Part shown: positions 40,630-50,890 of the stretch, piece after piece | How positions within the stretch are numbered: position 1 is the stretch's first letter | Layout of the letters: the number at the start of each line of letters is the position of its first letter | Origin: Candidatus Heimdallarchaeota archaeon | GTDB taxonomy: Archaea; Asgardarchaeota; Heimdallarchaeia; Hodarchaeales; Hodarchaeaceae | Reading direction: 5' to 3' | NCBI GenBank assembly: GCA_011364965.1 | Contig: RDOB01000002.1 | Coordinates: 32,001-96,000 of the forward strand | Length of the DNA stretch: 64,000 nucleotides | Notes under the pieces: generated by a model | Told to the model about the DNA's origin: nothing | The model's database searches: none | Seen by the model: the letters and a program-made list of their open reading frames with translations, nothing else | Translations under genes and position numbers: made by a program

Positions 40630-42789
40630 ATGCATCTGAGATTGATTGAGAAAAACATTCCTATTAAAGAAATTAGTGAGATCTCAATACCTGAGAGAAG
40701 TAGTTACAAACCAATATATCAGATTTCTAAATGGTTTGCTCGTCGTTCCTCATCAACTTTTAGGGCTTTACTACTCGCAGCTACTTTAGCTCCAGATCAA
40801 AATTTGATGGAGTATTTCTATAAAGAAAATTACATTCCGGAAAAGGTTGTATTAGATCCATTTATGGGTGGAGGGACAACTATTGTTGAAGGTTTGCGAC
40901 TAGGGATGAAGTGTATTGGAATTGATATTAATCCCGTAGCATGGTTTATTACTAAGACTGAAGTTGAGGCCATTTTAGAAGAAGACCTTCAATCTTTAAT
41001 CGCGCATTGTGAAGCAAATATAAAACCAGACATTCAAAAGTGGTACAAAACTCAATGTCCTATATGTGAAAGAGAAGCAGAAATAATCTATATACATTGG
41101 GTAAAACAACTACCTTGCTATATATGCAGTTCAATGGTTACGCTTTTTCGTACTTATATCCTAAATCAAAAAGGTAAATTTGCAACAGTTTTATGTCCCT
41201 CTTGCCATTCGGTTTTTTCATCTCTCCTCGAGTCGGATAGAGTTAGCTGTTCACGTTGTGAATACAGATTTAATCCCAGAATTGGCAACCGCGTGAGTAG
41301 AAGCTCTTACAAATGTTCCAACTGTGGAACAACAAGTCATATATTAAAATCGATTCGAAAATATAATAAAATTCTACCTTCTCAAATGTACGCTATCGAA
41401 GGATATTGTTCTCACTGTGCGAGAGAAAAGGATGTAAAATCCCCTCTTAAAAAGTCTAATTATAAATTCATTAAGCAGATTGACGCTTCAGATGAAGAAT
41501 TATTTTATTCAGCAGAGAAATACTGGGAAAAAACTAAGTCTACTTTACTCTGGCCCAAAAATACCATTCCTGAGGGAACAATAACAAAAACCTTGAAGAA
41601 TCATCATTATAGATTTTGGTTTGATTTATTTAATTCTCGTCAGTTAATTTGTCTTTCGATAATCTTCAATTATATTAAATCTGTAGAAGATGTTTTGAAA
41701 CAAGAATTGTTGTTAGCTGCGTTCATAAATTTACTTAACCATAATAATGTATTTACACGTTATTCTCCTGGAGGTCATAAAGTAGAAGGAATATTTGCAC
41801 GACATGATTTTCACCCTTTATCGACTTTTGCAGAAAACAATGTGTGGGGGAGTAAGTATGGACGAGGAACTTGGATTAAATGCATGAACCGACTTGTTAC
41901 GGGGAAAAGGTATAATTTCCAACCTTATAGCCATAAACGTTTTAATAAAGATGGTTCATTGAGAGTTGAGAAAGTATTTACCGGTAGTATTGATGGACAT
42001 GTCTCCTTAAATCCTCTCAATAATTTTTCCTCCTCCAAGGATTACAATTCTATTCTAATGTGCAGAGATGCAGAAAAAATTAATGATATCCCCCAATTGG
42101 TTGATTTAATAATTACAGATCCTCCCTATGCAGATAATGTCAACTATTCGGAGCTTTCTGATTTCTTTTATGCTTGGTTACGGTTAATTCTAAAAGATCG
42201 GTATCCTTTTTTTTCTAGTAAAGAAACACCAAAGGAAAGCGAAGCTATTAAAGATAAGAATAGGACAATAGATTACTATAAAAAGCTAGTTGGAATTTTT
42301 AGTGCAGTAAAAACTAAATTAAAGCCAGATGGATTAATCATCTTTACATTTCATCATTCTAATCGGCTAGTTTGGCTTCAATTGATAAAATCTCTTTTTG
42401 AAGCGAAAATTTATATTCTCAAAACTTATCCCATTCCTAGTGAAGCGAGAAATGTCTTAAATATTCAAAATAAGAAAGCAATTGCTTTTGATTTAATAAT
42501 TGTTGCGAAATCAAGAGATAAATTTATATCAAAAAAAATAGATCTCATTGATTTTAAAACAAAGTTTATTTCAGAAGGTAAATTCAGGTTTAAAACTCTT
42601 GAAAAAGCAAATATTACAATCAAAGGGTACGATCATCTCGTGGTCATTTATGGGGTACTAATGGAATTGTTATCGGAATACGTCGTACAAGACGAAGTAT
42701 CAACCCCTCTGACGATAGATGAGGTTTGGACTCATACATCAAATCTAATTTTAACTGATTTAATGCAAGATAAAGCTGAGTCAAAATGA
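40630..42789 (+). CDS. DUF1156-type adenine-specific DNA methyltransferase with multiple Zn ribbons
   Basis: KWFARR, DPFMGGGT, DINPVA, several CxxC pairs, LFNSRQL, TDPPYADNVNYSELSDFFYAWL, FTFHHS. Confidence 0.88.
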   Translation: MHLRLIEKNIPIKEISEISIPERSSYKPIYQISKWFARRSSSTFRALLLAATLAPDQNLMEYFYKENYIPEKVVLDPFMGGGTTIVEGLRLGMKCIGIDINPVAWFITKTEVEAILEEDLQSLIAHCEANIKPDIQKWYKTQCPICEREAEIIYIHWVKQLPCYICSSMVTLFRTYILNQKGKFATVLCPSCHSVFSSLLESDRVSCSRCEYRFNPRIGNRVSRSSYKCSNCGTTSHILKSIRKYNKILPSQMYAIEGYCSHCAREKDVKSPLKKSNYKFIKQIDASDEELFYSAEKYWEKTKSTLLWPKNTIPEGTITKTLKNHHYRFWFDLFNSRQLICLSIIFNYIKSVEDVLKQELLLAAFINLLNHNNVFTRYSPGGHKVEGIFARHDFHPLSTFAENNVWGSKYGRGTWIKCMNRLVTGKRYNFQPYSHKRFNKDGSLRVEKVFTGSIDGHVSLNPLNNFSSSKDYNSILMCRDAEKINDIPQLVDLIITDPPYADNVNYSELSDFFYAWLRLILKDRYPFFSSKETPKESEAIKDKNRTIDYYKKLVGIFSAVKTKLKPDGLIIFTFHHSNRLVWLQLIKSLFEAKIYILKTYPIPSEARNVLNIQNKKAIAFDLIIVAKSRDKFISKKIDLIDFKTKFISEGKFRFKTLEKANITIKGYDHLVVIYGVLMELLSEYVVQDEVSTPLTIDEVWTHTSNLILTDLMQDKAESK

Positions 42790-43550
42790 GTGAAGATTCA
42801 TCATATGAGCTAGTTATTGGGGATGTTATTAAGCAACTTCCATTAAAAGCACAAAAGAGAAAATTTAATTTGTTTATCGCTGATCCGCCCTTTGGTATTT
42901 CTTTTAATAAATCAAGTCACGAATATGGTGCGAAGGAATATAATCTTTATCAGGATGAATTTACACCTGAGGGATATTTTGAGTTCTCTAAGCAATGGAT
43001 TGAGATTTGCTATAATTCATTGGTGAAAAATGGAAGTCTCTATATTATATCAGGATGGACTAATTTACAATATATCCTGAATGCTCTTGCTTTATCAAAA
43101 TTTTACCTGTTAAACCATGCGATATGGTATTTCTCTTGGGGAGTGTACACTAAAAGGAGATTTGCAACAAGTCATTATCATATTTTGTTACTGATAAAAA
43201 ATAAAAAAAATTATCAGTTCTATAAACAGAAGAAATATGATGAAGACGTTTTTTTTTGGCCCGAATATAATCGAGGGAATGACCCACATCGGATTAAGGG
43301 GCATCCATGCCAATTGCCTATCGCGCTATTAGAAAAACTTATCCTTACCTCTAGTTCTCCTGGAGATTTGGTAGGAGACATATTTTCTGGGAGTGGAGGA
43401 ACAATTCTAGCTGCTAGGAAGACAGATAGAGATGTAATTGGATTTGAGATAAGAGAGGATTATAAAGACATAATTTATCAAAAAGCTAAGTTTGGAAAAT
43501 CCCTTTCACAAGAAAACTCCGTTACATTAGAAAGTTATCTCCCTAAATGA
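42786..43550 (+). CDS. Beta-class site-specific DNA methyltransferase
   Basis: IADPPFG, HPCQLP..LLEKLI, GDLVGDIFSGSGGT, GFEI; ATGA overlap with the DUF1156 gene. Confidence 0.88.
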   Translation: MSEDSSYELVIGDVIKQLPLKAQKRKFNLFIADPPFGISFNKSSHEYGAKEYNLYQDEFTPEGYFEFSKQWIEICYNSLVKNGSLYIISGWTNLQYILNALALSKFYLLNHAIWYFSWGVYTKRRFATSHYHILLLIKNKKNYQFYKQKKYDEDVFFWPEYNRGNDPHRIKGHPCQLPIALLEKLILTSSSPGDLVGDIFSGSGGTILAARKTDRDVIGFEIREDYKDIIYQKAKFGKSLSQENSVTLESYLPK

Positions 43551-45290
43551 TATTGTATTCTCGATATAGTTGAGATATTCACTACAATGATATAATTGGA
43601 GAATTAGTTGATCTATCTTTTTTATATCATCCTTCTGAACCTCCTCTGACCCATGCATCAATTTAGTTTGCTTTATGATACTTTCATATATAGGATTTTC
43701 TTTCCTTGGTACCAGTACAGGAATTCGTTTTAGATTAAAAATCGAAATTGCATTAGTAAATCGTGATCCTAGATTGAATTGAGTTTCATAAAACCAGCTA
43801 AACAGAGATGAATTGAGAACCGCAAGAAAAAAATATAATAATTCTGGTCTTTGAGAAAACTGTGGTTTTAATCGAAGATTATACACATTTTGAGTAGTCC
43901 ATCTGCTTCTGAAGTCCAAAGCTATGCACGGAACTCGTTTAATTTTTTGCATTACTAATTTTGGGGAATCATAAATTTTTGTGTTCTTTTTTAATTTGAA
44001 TTTCAAATCGGGGATAATATAATGAGTACCAATTATCCTATATGGTTGAATATCATCTCCAGTAAGAATTTCTTGACTATATTCGTGATCTTTTGTTTTT
44101 CTAATTATATATTTGACCATCAAATCCTCTTTATTTAAATTTTGGCTACATTGAGAGCATTCAACAATTTTTTTGCGACTTGAGAGAGGTACCCAGTTTT
44201 TACAGTTGTAACAATACATCAGTCCTCCCTTTTTCGATAATTCCTCCCCTCTATGGATAATGAAGAAATCATTAATACATTTGGTTTCTTTTGTTATCAT
44301 TTCCAAAATTTTTTGAGCTTTTTTGTTATAATTAAAGTTAAAAACATAATCAATATTATTCAGATAGACACTCTGAGGGATTTCTAATTTATCGTTAACA
44401 TGAATCAAGGTATTAAGACGATTAAAGCTTTTATAGAGTCCAATTAATGATATGAATTCCTGAGTTACTCCTTTAAACAATCCATGAAAATTTATTTCCA
44501 GAATTTGGAAATTTTCTAGAATATATTTTCTAAGGTGGGTGTATTGATTCGATCTTGCGATATTTTTAGGTAGGATAAATGCAAGGATCCCCGAATCTTT
44601 TTGTAGTAATTGTGTTGCTTGATATAAAAATAATGAGAAAGTGTTTAGGTTCCTTTTAGGGCTTTTCAATTCAAATTTAGCGTGGAAATAATCCTTTTGA
44701 TCCTTTGATAGCTTTGCACCCCATGGAGGGTTACCCAAAATAATATCAAAGAATTTACTTCCTTCTAAACCCCAGTTTGATACATCAGCTTTAAGGAAAT
44801 CCCCATTAATAATATTTCTCTCTAAAATTTTAGCATAGCTACTATTTATTTGCATTTTATAATTATTTTGAAGATTTTTTCGGCATTGCAGGAGTGAAGC
44901 TTTATCGATTTCCATTCCGTATATATTTTTTAGAACTATATGGGAATTGTTATCTTTACTCAACATCAAAATCTCATTAATCAAATTTTGCAAGTATTTT
45001 AAGTAATTTAATGAATTCCTTAAGAATTCTCCATCCCCTGTTGCTCCATCAAGGATCTTAATCGATTTTAAGAATTTTTGCAGTTGTCTAATTTCATAGG
45101 GAGATTTGCTTGAAATGATGTTTTCCATTGAAGAATATTCTTTATTGCATTGCAGGTTTATTTTTGTCAATAAATAGTAGTCTATTGCAGCTTTTGTAAG
45201 TGGTAGAGATAATTCAGATGGAGTGTAAAAAGCACCGAGCTCTTTGCGTTTCCTAAATTCCTGATTCTTTTTTATATAACCCACGCTCAT
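43527..45290 (-). CDS. TaqI/Eco57I-like N6-adenine DNA methyltransferase with Zn-ribbon insert in TRD
   Basis: GAFYTP, ILDGATGDGEFL, YGMEID, GDFL, GNPPWG, CYNC...CSQC, LAVLNSSL. Confidence 0.85.
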   Translation of the reverse strand: MSVGYIKKNQEFRKRKELGAFYTPSELSLPLTKAAIDYYLLTKINLQCNKEYSSMENIISSKSPYEIRQLQKFLKSIKILDGATGDGEFLRNSLNYLKYLQNLINEILMLSKDNNSHIVLKNIYGMEIDKASLLQCRKNLQNNYKMQINSSYAKILERNIINGDFLKADVSNWGLEGSKFFDIILGNPPWGAKLSKDQKDYFHAKFELKSPKRNLNTFSLFLYQATQLLQKDSGILAFILPKNIARSNQYTHLRKYILENFQILEINFHGLFKGVTQEFISLIGLYKSFNRLNTLIHVNDKLEIPQSVYLNNIDYVFNFNYNKKAQKILEMITKETKCINDFFIIHRGEELSKKGGLMYCYNCKNWVPLSSRKKIVECSQCSQNLNKEDLMVKYIIRKTKDHEYSQEILTGDDIQPYRIIGTHYIIPDLKFKLKKNTKIYDSPKLVMQKIKRVPCIALDFRSRWTTQNVYNLRLKPQFSQRPELLYFFLAVLNSSLFSWFYETQFNLGSRFTNAISIFNLKRIPVLVPRKENPIYESIIKQTKLMHGSEEVQKDDIKKIDQLILQLYHCSEYLNYIENTISFREITF

Positions 45291-48205
45291 TATTTAATTA
45301 GTTGAATCTTGGATTGACATGTTACACATGTTTCATGCTCAAATAGCCATTCCTCAATGTGTCCAAGATGGTACGCTTGCTCACATACAGGACATTTTAG
45401 TATTGTAACATTATCAACAGGTTTTTGACATAAAACACATAATGTATGACTGATTTTATGTGTATATTTTTCATTGATATCACTGTTCGTCATATCTTGG
45501 TATTGAAAATCCACTTCTAACCGGGGAAAAGCAATCTTCTTACTTTCTTCTATAATTTCTTCGCTTTTAATGGGAGATCCTAAGCTAACTAAAATACAAT
45601 TCTCCTTTAAGAAATAATAAAGTTCTTTTAAGATGGGGATTGAACTTTCACTAGGCCCAGTGCCTACGATTATCATTTTTTTCTTTGCTCGTGTTAAAGC
45701 TACGTTCAATCTTCTCTCATCTTCAAGAATATTAGGTGATTCAAAAGTACATAAGGATAGAATGATAACTTCTTTGTCTGATCCCTGAAATCTATCAATA
45801 GTATCGATAACAACATCATAGTTAGCAGTAACACGCCGAATCTCTGCAACCTGTCCTCTAAAAGGAGCTATTATCCCAATTTGTTCCATTTTTAGACCTA
45901 ATCGTTGGAAATTATAAATAAGTCTCTTAATAATCTTTGCTTCATTTTCATTTACTCGCTTATGTCGATCAAACACCGATTCTTGTTGGAGATATACAAG
46001 AGGATGATCTGGGTCAAGTATAATTTTGAAAAGCTGGTCAATTTTCTCAAATATGCCTTCGTTTTGTGGAAGAATATCCCAAATTACTTGCTTTGCTATC
46101 TCCTGAGTAGCTGCTTGCACTTTATTTTCATAGAATTTCTGATTACTAAACTCCATAAGTTGCTCATTCATTCTATATTGATATTGTAGCATTACACATG
46201 CATTAGGATATAATTTCTTAAGTCTTTCAAACAACGAAGTCCCCAAACCCAACTTTTCTGCTTGTGTACTCTGAATTAAGGGTGGTAATTGTTTTTCGTC
46301 CCCTACTAAGATGAATCTATTACCTTTTGTGATTGCAGCGAGAATAGAGGGTTCTGTCATTTGCGAAGCCTCATCCACTATCACTACATCAAAAAGCAAA
46401 TCATCAAAAACACCTCGTCCAATTGTTGTAGTAGTAGCTGCAACTATAGGCAATTGAGTCAGCTTATGATAATCAATGTTTGTATTTTCTAAAGTAAATT
46501 GCTGAACTTTAGAATCGACTACTTGTTCGATTCCTAATCTAACAAGCTCTTTAGTTGTTATGTCATGATCAGAGACTTGTATATATTGTATTATAATATT
46601 ATCAACAGCTGTATTTGTGTATGCAGTCAATAATATCCTTAAACCCTGATTAACGAACGAATCTACAAGTTTGGCAATTGTGTATGTTTTTCCAGTTCCA
46701 GCAGGACCTTGGATCATACAATAATCTTTAGCTCGAAAAGCTAGATTTATTGCTTCTTGCTGACTTTGATCTAAACCCAAAATTCTATTTGGTTTCAATT
46801 CTTGGAATTCTGGGCTTTCACCTTTCACAATTAAATGATGAGTTTTATGATTTGATTTTGTTCCAAAAGTTATTTGAAATAGATTCTTATTCAATCTTCT
46901 TGACATAAATCCCGGAGAATATGAATCCAAAAATGCATTTTGAGGTAATTTATTGGAGCTTTCCAATAATACCGAATTCCGGTTTATAGAAGCAATTATT
47001 GCATAATAATTTTGATCATTCACTGGATCTCCCCTACTTAGAATAACTGGTTCACCAGATCGCAATTCTGAAATGTTCTGACAACTATATTCATATAGAT
47101 TTTGATTTTGATGAATTAGAGAAAGTCCAGAGATAGCTTTTCCTATTTTTTCTCTACCTTTGGGTAAAAATTTCCACAAATAGGCAAATTCTTGACGATT
47201 TTTTTTCAGTTCTTGTTGAATTAAAGCAGAAAAATGAGTAAGATACTGGAATGGGATGTTTCCTTTTTTGGATTGGTAAACTTCAAAGAGGAATTGACAT
47301 TTTTCTTGAAAAAAACATTTTTCACATTTTGAAGGATTTCTTTCTTTTTCTGAGGGAAAATAACCCTCGAATTGAATTAAATAACTAAAATTGCGCGCCA
47401 TATGGATTTTCTGTAATAAATCATAATTCATCTCTGTTGGTCGAAATGCTGGAACTCCTTCACCTGAATATATTATGTATGTTTGATTTACCGCTTTGGA
47501 TGTGATACTTAGTCCCTGCATATAAATAATTGCCTGAACTAGATCAGTATACCAAGTATTCAGTTCTTTCGGAGGTATTTTTTGTCCAGTTTTTAATTCA
47601 AATAACTTTTTTGGGACTAAAAAATCAATTCTCCCTAATAGTCCATAAAGGGGGGAAATGAATGTTGTTTCCGTTTGGACTTCCCCCTCCATTAAAGTGG
47701 GAGCTGAATGTGCTAATCCGTTGAGAACTGATTTTAATTCAGGTATCAATTCTTCCATATTAGCATTTAAATAAGACAATGGGAGAAAAAACTTATTTAA
47801 TGCAACTTCAAGAGCGTTGGAAACTGATTTATCTTGAGAAACGATCAAAGAGAGTGCTTCATGCAAGATAGATCCTCTTATCATAGGAAGAGTCGGTTTC
47901 TGTTCTCCTATTACATTTTCTGTAAAAGCTCGATAAACACATGAAGCTGCACTTGTAATTGCGTGAGCATTAACCAAAAAATCTGGGTTGAGTATGATTA
48001 GTGTATCAGGGGTGCAATCATACTGATATTCTCCTAAGTAATAAGCTTCCACAATTCTAAGGGGAGTCAGATATGTAACTTTTGAGAATGGAAAGTATTT
48101 CCATGGATTATGGAGTTCAAGTTCAATCGTTTCATTCTTTTGAGGGACACAGAGTGAAATTCTGTTCCCTTTTCGTTCTAGAAATAATCCATCAATACTA
48201 TTCAT
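45290..48205 (-). CDS. Dna2-like nuclease/SF1 helicase with C-terminal RING-like finger
   Basis: LNPDFLV, SC..R, GSILHE, YGLLGRID, ELKTG, CxxC-x5-C Fe-S motif; GPAGTGKT, AYTNTAVDN, DEASQ, GDEKQLPP, QYRM, TIDRFQGSDKE, RRLNVALTRAK; C-terminal CxxC...CxxC...HxxH..W...CxxC. Confidence 0.9.
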   Translation of the reverse strand: MNSIDGLFLERKGNRISLCVPQKNETIELELHNPWKYFPFSKVTYLTPLRIVEAYYLGEYQYDCTPDTLIILNPDFLVNAHAITSAASCVYRAFTENVIGEQKPTLPMIRGSILHEALSLIVSQDKSVSNALEVALNKFFLPLSYLNANMEELIPELKSVLNGLAHSAPTLMEGEVQTETTFISPLYGLLGRIDFLVPKKLFELKTGQKIPPKELNTWYTDLVQAIIYMQGLSITSKAVNQTYIIYSGEGVPAFRPTEMNYDLLQKIHMARNFSYLIQFEGYFPSEKERNPSKCEKCFFQEKCQFLFEVYQSKKGNIPFQYLTHFSALIQQELKKNRQEFAYLWKFLPKGREKIGKAISGLSLIHQNQNLYEYSCQNISELRSGEPVILSRGDPVNDQNYYAIIASINRNSVLLESSNKLPQNAFLDSYSPGFMSRRLNKNLFQITFGTKSNHKTHHLIVKGESPEFQELKPNRILGLDQSQQEAINLAFRAKDYCMIQGPAGTGKTYTIAKLVDSFVNQGLRILLTAYTNTAVDNIIIQYIQVSDHDITTKELVRLGIEQVVDSKVQQFTLENTNIDYHKLTQLPIVAATTTTIGRGVFDDLLFDVVIVDEASQMTEPSILAAITKGNRFILVGDEKQLPPLIQSTQAEKLGLGTSLFERLKKLYPNACVMLQYQYRMNEQLMEFSNQKFYENKVQAATQEIAKQVIWDILPQNEGIFEKIDQLFKIILDPDHPLVYLQQESVFDRHKRVNENEAKIIKRLIYNFQRLGLKMEQIGIIAPFRGQVAEIRRVTANYDVVIDTIDRFQGSDKEVIILSLCTFESPNILEDERRLNVALTRAKKKMIIVGTGPSESSIPILKELYYFLKENCILVSLGSPIKSEEIIEESKKIAFPRLEVDFQYQDMTNSDINEKYTHKISHTLCVLCQKPVDNVTILKCPVCEQAYHLGHIEEWLFEHETCVTCQSKIQLIK

Positions 48206-48311
48206 CGATAAATCCCAAAATTAGGTTGATATATTTGAATTTTTTAGATTGTAGTGGGAGTAAGGATATTTAATAGGTTGATAAATAGAAGAACAAAATA
48301 ATACCGAAAAA

Positions 48312-48791
48312 GTGATTGAGATGAAGGGTCATACTCATTTACTGTTTAACCTTGGATTTGTGTCATTATTATTCATCATTTTTCCTGTGAATTCTATCTT
48401 CTGGATCATAGGCGTGTTAATAGTCTCGCCAATATTTTCAAGAATTCCAGATCGTGATCAGATGATATCAAAGATTACTTTTAATCAAATTATTCCTCAT
48501 AGGGGAAAAGGCACACATAATCTTCTGTATGGACTTCCTTTAATAATTATGCTCTTTGCGAATAATATTCCTTACTATGGAGAAATTATAATATTTTTAA
48601 TTGGATCGATATTTGGTTCATTATTTGCACATAGTTTTGTCGATATGTTCAATTATGGAGGAGTTTGGCTTGGTATATTTAAAATTAAAGGATTTTTAAG
48701 ATGGGATTCAATGCTTGGTAATTTATTTTTTCAAATTACTGGAGTAATGTTCTTCACCATTTCGCTCCTATTCTATATAGATTTTCTCTAA
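48312..48791 (+). CDS. YdjM-like membrane-bound metal-dependent hydrolase
   Basis: GHTH, IPDRD, HRGKGTHNL, AHSFVD..N.GGV. Confidence 0.8.
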   Translation: MIEMKGHTHLLFNLGFVSLLFIIFPVNSIFWIIGVLIVSPIFSRIPDRDQMISKITFNQIIPHRGKGTHNLLYGLPLIIMLFANNIPYYGEIIIFLIGSIFGSLFAHSFVDMFNYGGVWLGIFKIKGFLRWDSMLGNLFFQITGVMFFTISLLFYIDFL

Positions 48792-49202
48792 AAATTCTAT
48801 GAAAAAAGAATAATGCTAATATCCCCTTTTTACCATATTTAATCCAAATAATATTCCTTGGAAACGGCTTATGTGTATCACTTTTATCCTATCCTGTCCA
48901 ATGATCCTCCATTTGCTTAATATTCCCGTATTTTCAACCTCAAAGAGATCAATAAGATTTTTTCCGCTTCTTCTAAGAATTTGGAGTAGTTATAGGATTA
49001 ATTTCAATGTTTATCGCGTCTAATATTCTTATAACTGTAATCCAAGTTAGATTCGGTTTACATTATACTTTGGAATTTTGTATTCAGCGTTTTTTGTCAA
49101 TCCTATGTTTAAAAGGGAAGAATCCTCTATCCTTCTAGTGAAAAAATGTCTAGATATGAACCCATATCAACTAAAAATATAAAGAAATATTTAGAAATCT
49201 AA

Positions 49203-49946
49203 GTGTCATATACAATTACAAATGAAGTGAGATTGAAAATGCCTGAGGAACTCTATTTAAATAATATGAATCTAAAAAAGTTTGAAGCAAAGGTGGTTTC
49301 AGTTACTGATGGAAAATTTATTATTTTGAATCAAACAGTATTTTATCCCAAGTCAGGAGGAGTCGCGAATGATGAAGGAGTGCTTAAGAAGGATTCTGAA
49401 ATATATAATGTCGTCTACGTAGGGAAATTTGGAGGGAAAGTTTCTCATGAAGTGGATAAAACAGGTTTATGCGTTGGAGACAAAGTAATTGGTGAATTAG
49501 ACTGGATTAGAAGATTTAAACTAATGAGATATCACACCGCGGTTCATGTTGTTAGTGGAATTTTCTATAAAAATTTAGGAGTAAAAATTACGGGAGGTGA
49601 TATAAGTATAGACCAAGGTCGTGTTGATTTCAATCTAGAGCACTTTGATCGGAATGAAATTGAAAAACAGATAAAAGAATGCAACGATATTATTCAAAAA
49701 GATTATCCTGTAGAAGTTTATTATATGGATCGAGCAGAGGTAGAGATTGATCCTGATCTTACCAAATTAGCTAAAGGTTTTCCAAAGAATATTAAAACTG
49801 TTCGTATTGTGGATATCAAAGGATTTGATAGGCAGCCTGATGGAGGATGCCATGTTAGCTCACTAAAGGAAATAGGCAAGATTCAAATCTCGAAGCTGAT
49901 AAACAAAGGAAAAAATAATCGTCGACTGTATATCACTTTGGAGTAG
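49203..49946 (+). CDS. alaX: AlaX-M alanyl-tRNA editing protein (likely start ATG 49239)
   Basis: TVFYPKSGG..ND.G, MRYHTAVH, RVDF, DGGCHV, KGKNNRR. Confidence 0.92.
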   Translation: MSYTITNEVRLKMPEELYLNNMNLKKFEAKVVSVTDGKFIILNQTVFYPKSGGVANDEGVLKKDSEIYNVVYVGKFGGKVSHEVDKTGLCVGDKVIGELDWIRRFKLMRYHTAVHVVSGIFYKNLGVKITGGDISIDQGRVDFNLEHFDRNEIEKQIKECNDIIQKDYPVEVYYMDRAEVEIDPDLTKLAKGFPKNIKTVRIVDIKGFDRQPDGGCHVSSLKEIGKIQISKLINKGKNNRRLYITLE

Positions 49947-49973
49947 ATCTAGTTAAGGAATATGTCTTTCAAT

Positions 49974-50708
49974 CTATCGATTTTCCCAATTAATTGTCCG
50001 AGGGTTATATCTAGGTTTGATAATCATCTCTGCGGTATTTACATTCGGAGATTCCGTTACTAGATAATCACATGCATGAGCAATGTCCTCAGGTTCCATA
50101 CTCCATTCTACGTGAGTTGGCTTTTTGCTTCCAAATTCAGTAAGAACACTTCCTGGACAAATTGTTGTTACTTTGATTTTATATTCCTTGAGATCCTCTC
50201 TTAATGACCAAGTGAATCCTTGAACTGCATGTTTTGAAGCTGAATATAGTGTACCTGATTTAAAACCGTTTTTTCCTGCAATGCTGCTAATATTTATGAT
50301 ATGTCCCGAATTTTGTTTTATTAAATGTGGGACAACATATTTTGTGAGTAAAAATAAACCTTTCATATTTACATCAAAGATGAAATTATAATCCTCTATT
50401 GTAAATTCATCTATCCGGGCAAAACGTCCTACTCCCGCATTATTTATTAGTACATCAATACAATTATATTTATTAATAGTTTTTTCTACAAGGTTTTTAA
50501 TTTCATCTTCAATGGTGAGATCTGTAGGGATAATATGGACTTTACAATCGAATTTATTTGTTATATCCTCTTTTATGCTATTTAGCGAACTTATATCCCG
50601 AGCAGCTAAAATTAAATTCATTTTCCTTGCAGCTAACTTATAACTAATGGCTTTTCCTATCCCCTTTGAAGCACCGGTTATTATGACAACTTTTCCTTTC
50701 TTAAACAT
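49974..50708 (-). CDS. Short-chain dehydrogenase/reductase
   Basis: TGASKGIG, NNAG, NISS, YSASK. Confidence 0.93.
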   Translation of the reverse strand: MFKKGKVVIITGASKGIGKAISYKLAARKMNLILAARDISSLNSIKEDITNKFDCKVHIIPTDLTIEDEIKNLVEKTINKYNCIDVLINNAGVGRFARIDEFTIEDYNFIFDVNMKGLFLLTKYVVPHLIKQNSGHIINISSIAGKNGFKSGTLYSASKHAVQGFTWSLREDLKEYKIKVTTICPGSVLTEFGSKKPTHVEWSMEPEDIAHACDYLVTESPNVNTAEMIIKPRYNPRTINWENR

Positions 50709-50890
50709 ATCCTATATCTCCTTAGCTAGTATGAAAACTTTGGAGATAAAAGATAAATTAAACTGCTGATGAGATTTTCGTTCTTTCTTTATCTTAATTC
50801 AATAGAATAGAGGAATAAGCTTATTTAAATCAAAGTTTTTGATTGGAATTAATCATAATATGTGAATCATATTCCTTTGGAGGATCAAGT

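Noticed and set aside
45290-48205. Cas4/CRISPR association of the nuclease domain
   Set aside because: The Cas4-like Fe-S nuclease is part of the normal Dna2 architecture; no cas genes or repeat-spacer array were seen.
48792-49200. Possible decayed gene in a 400-bp gap
   Set aside because: Only short interrupted frames with no recognisable homology; cannot be supported.
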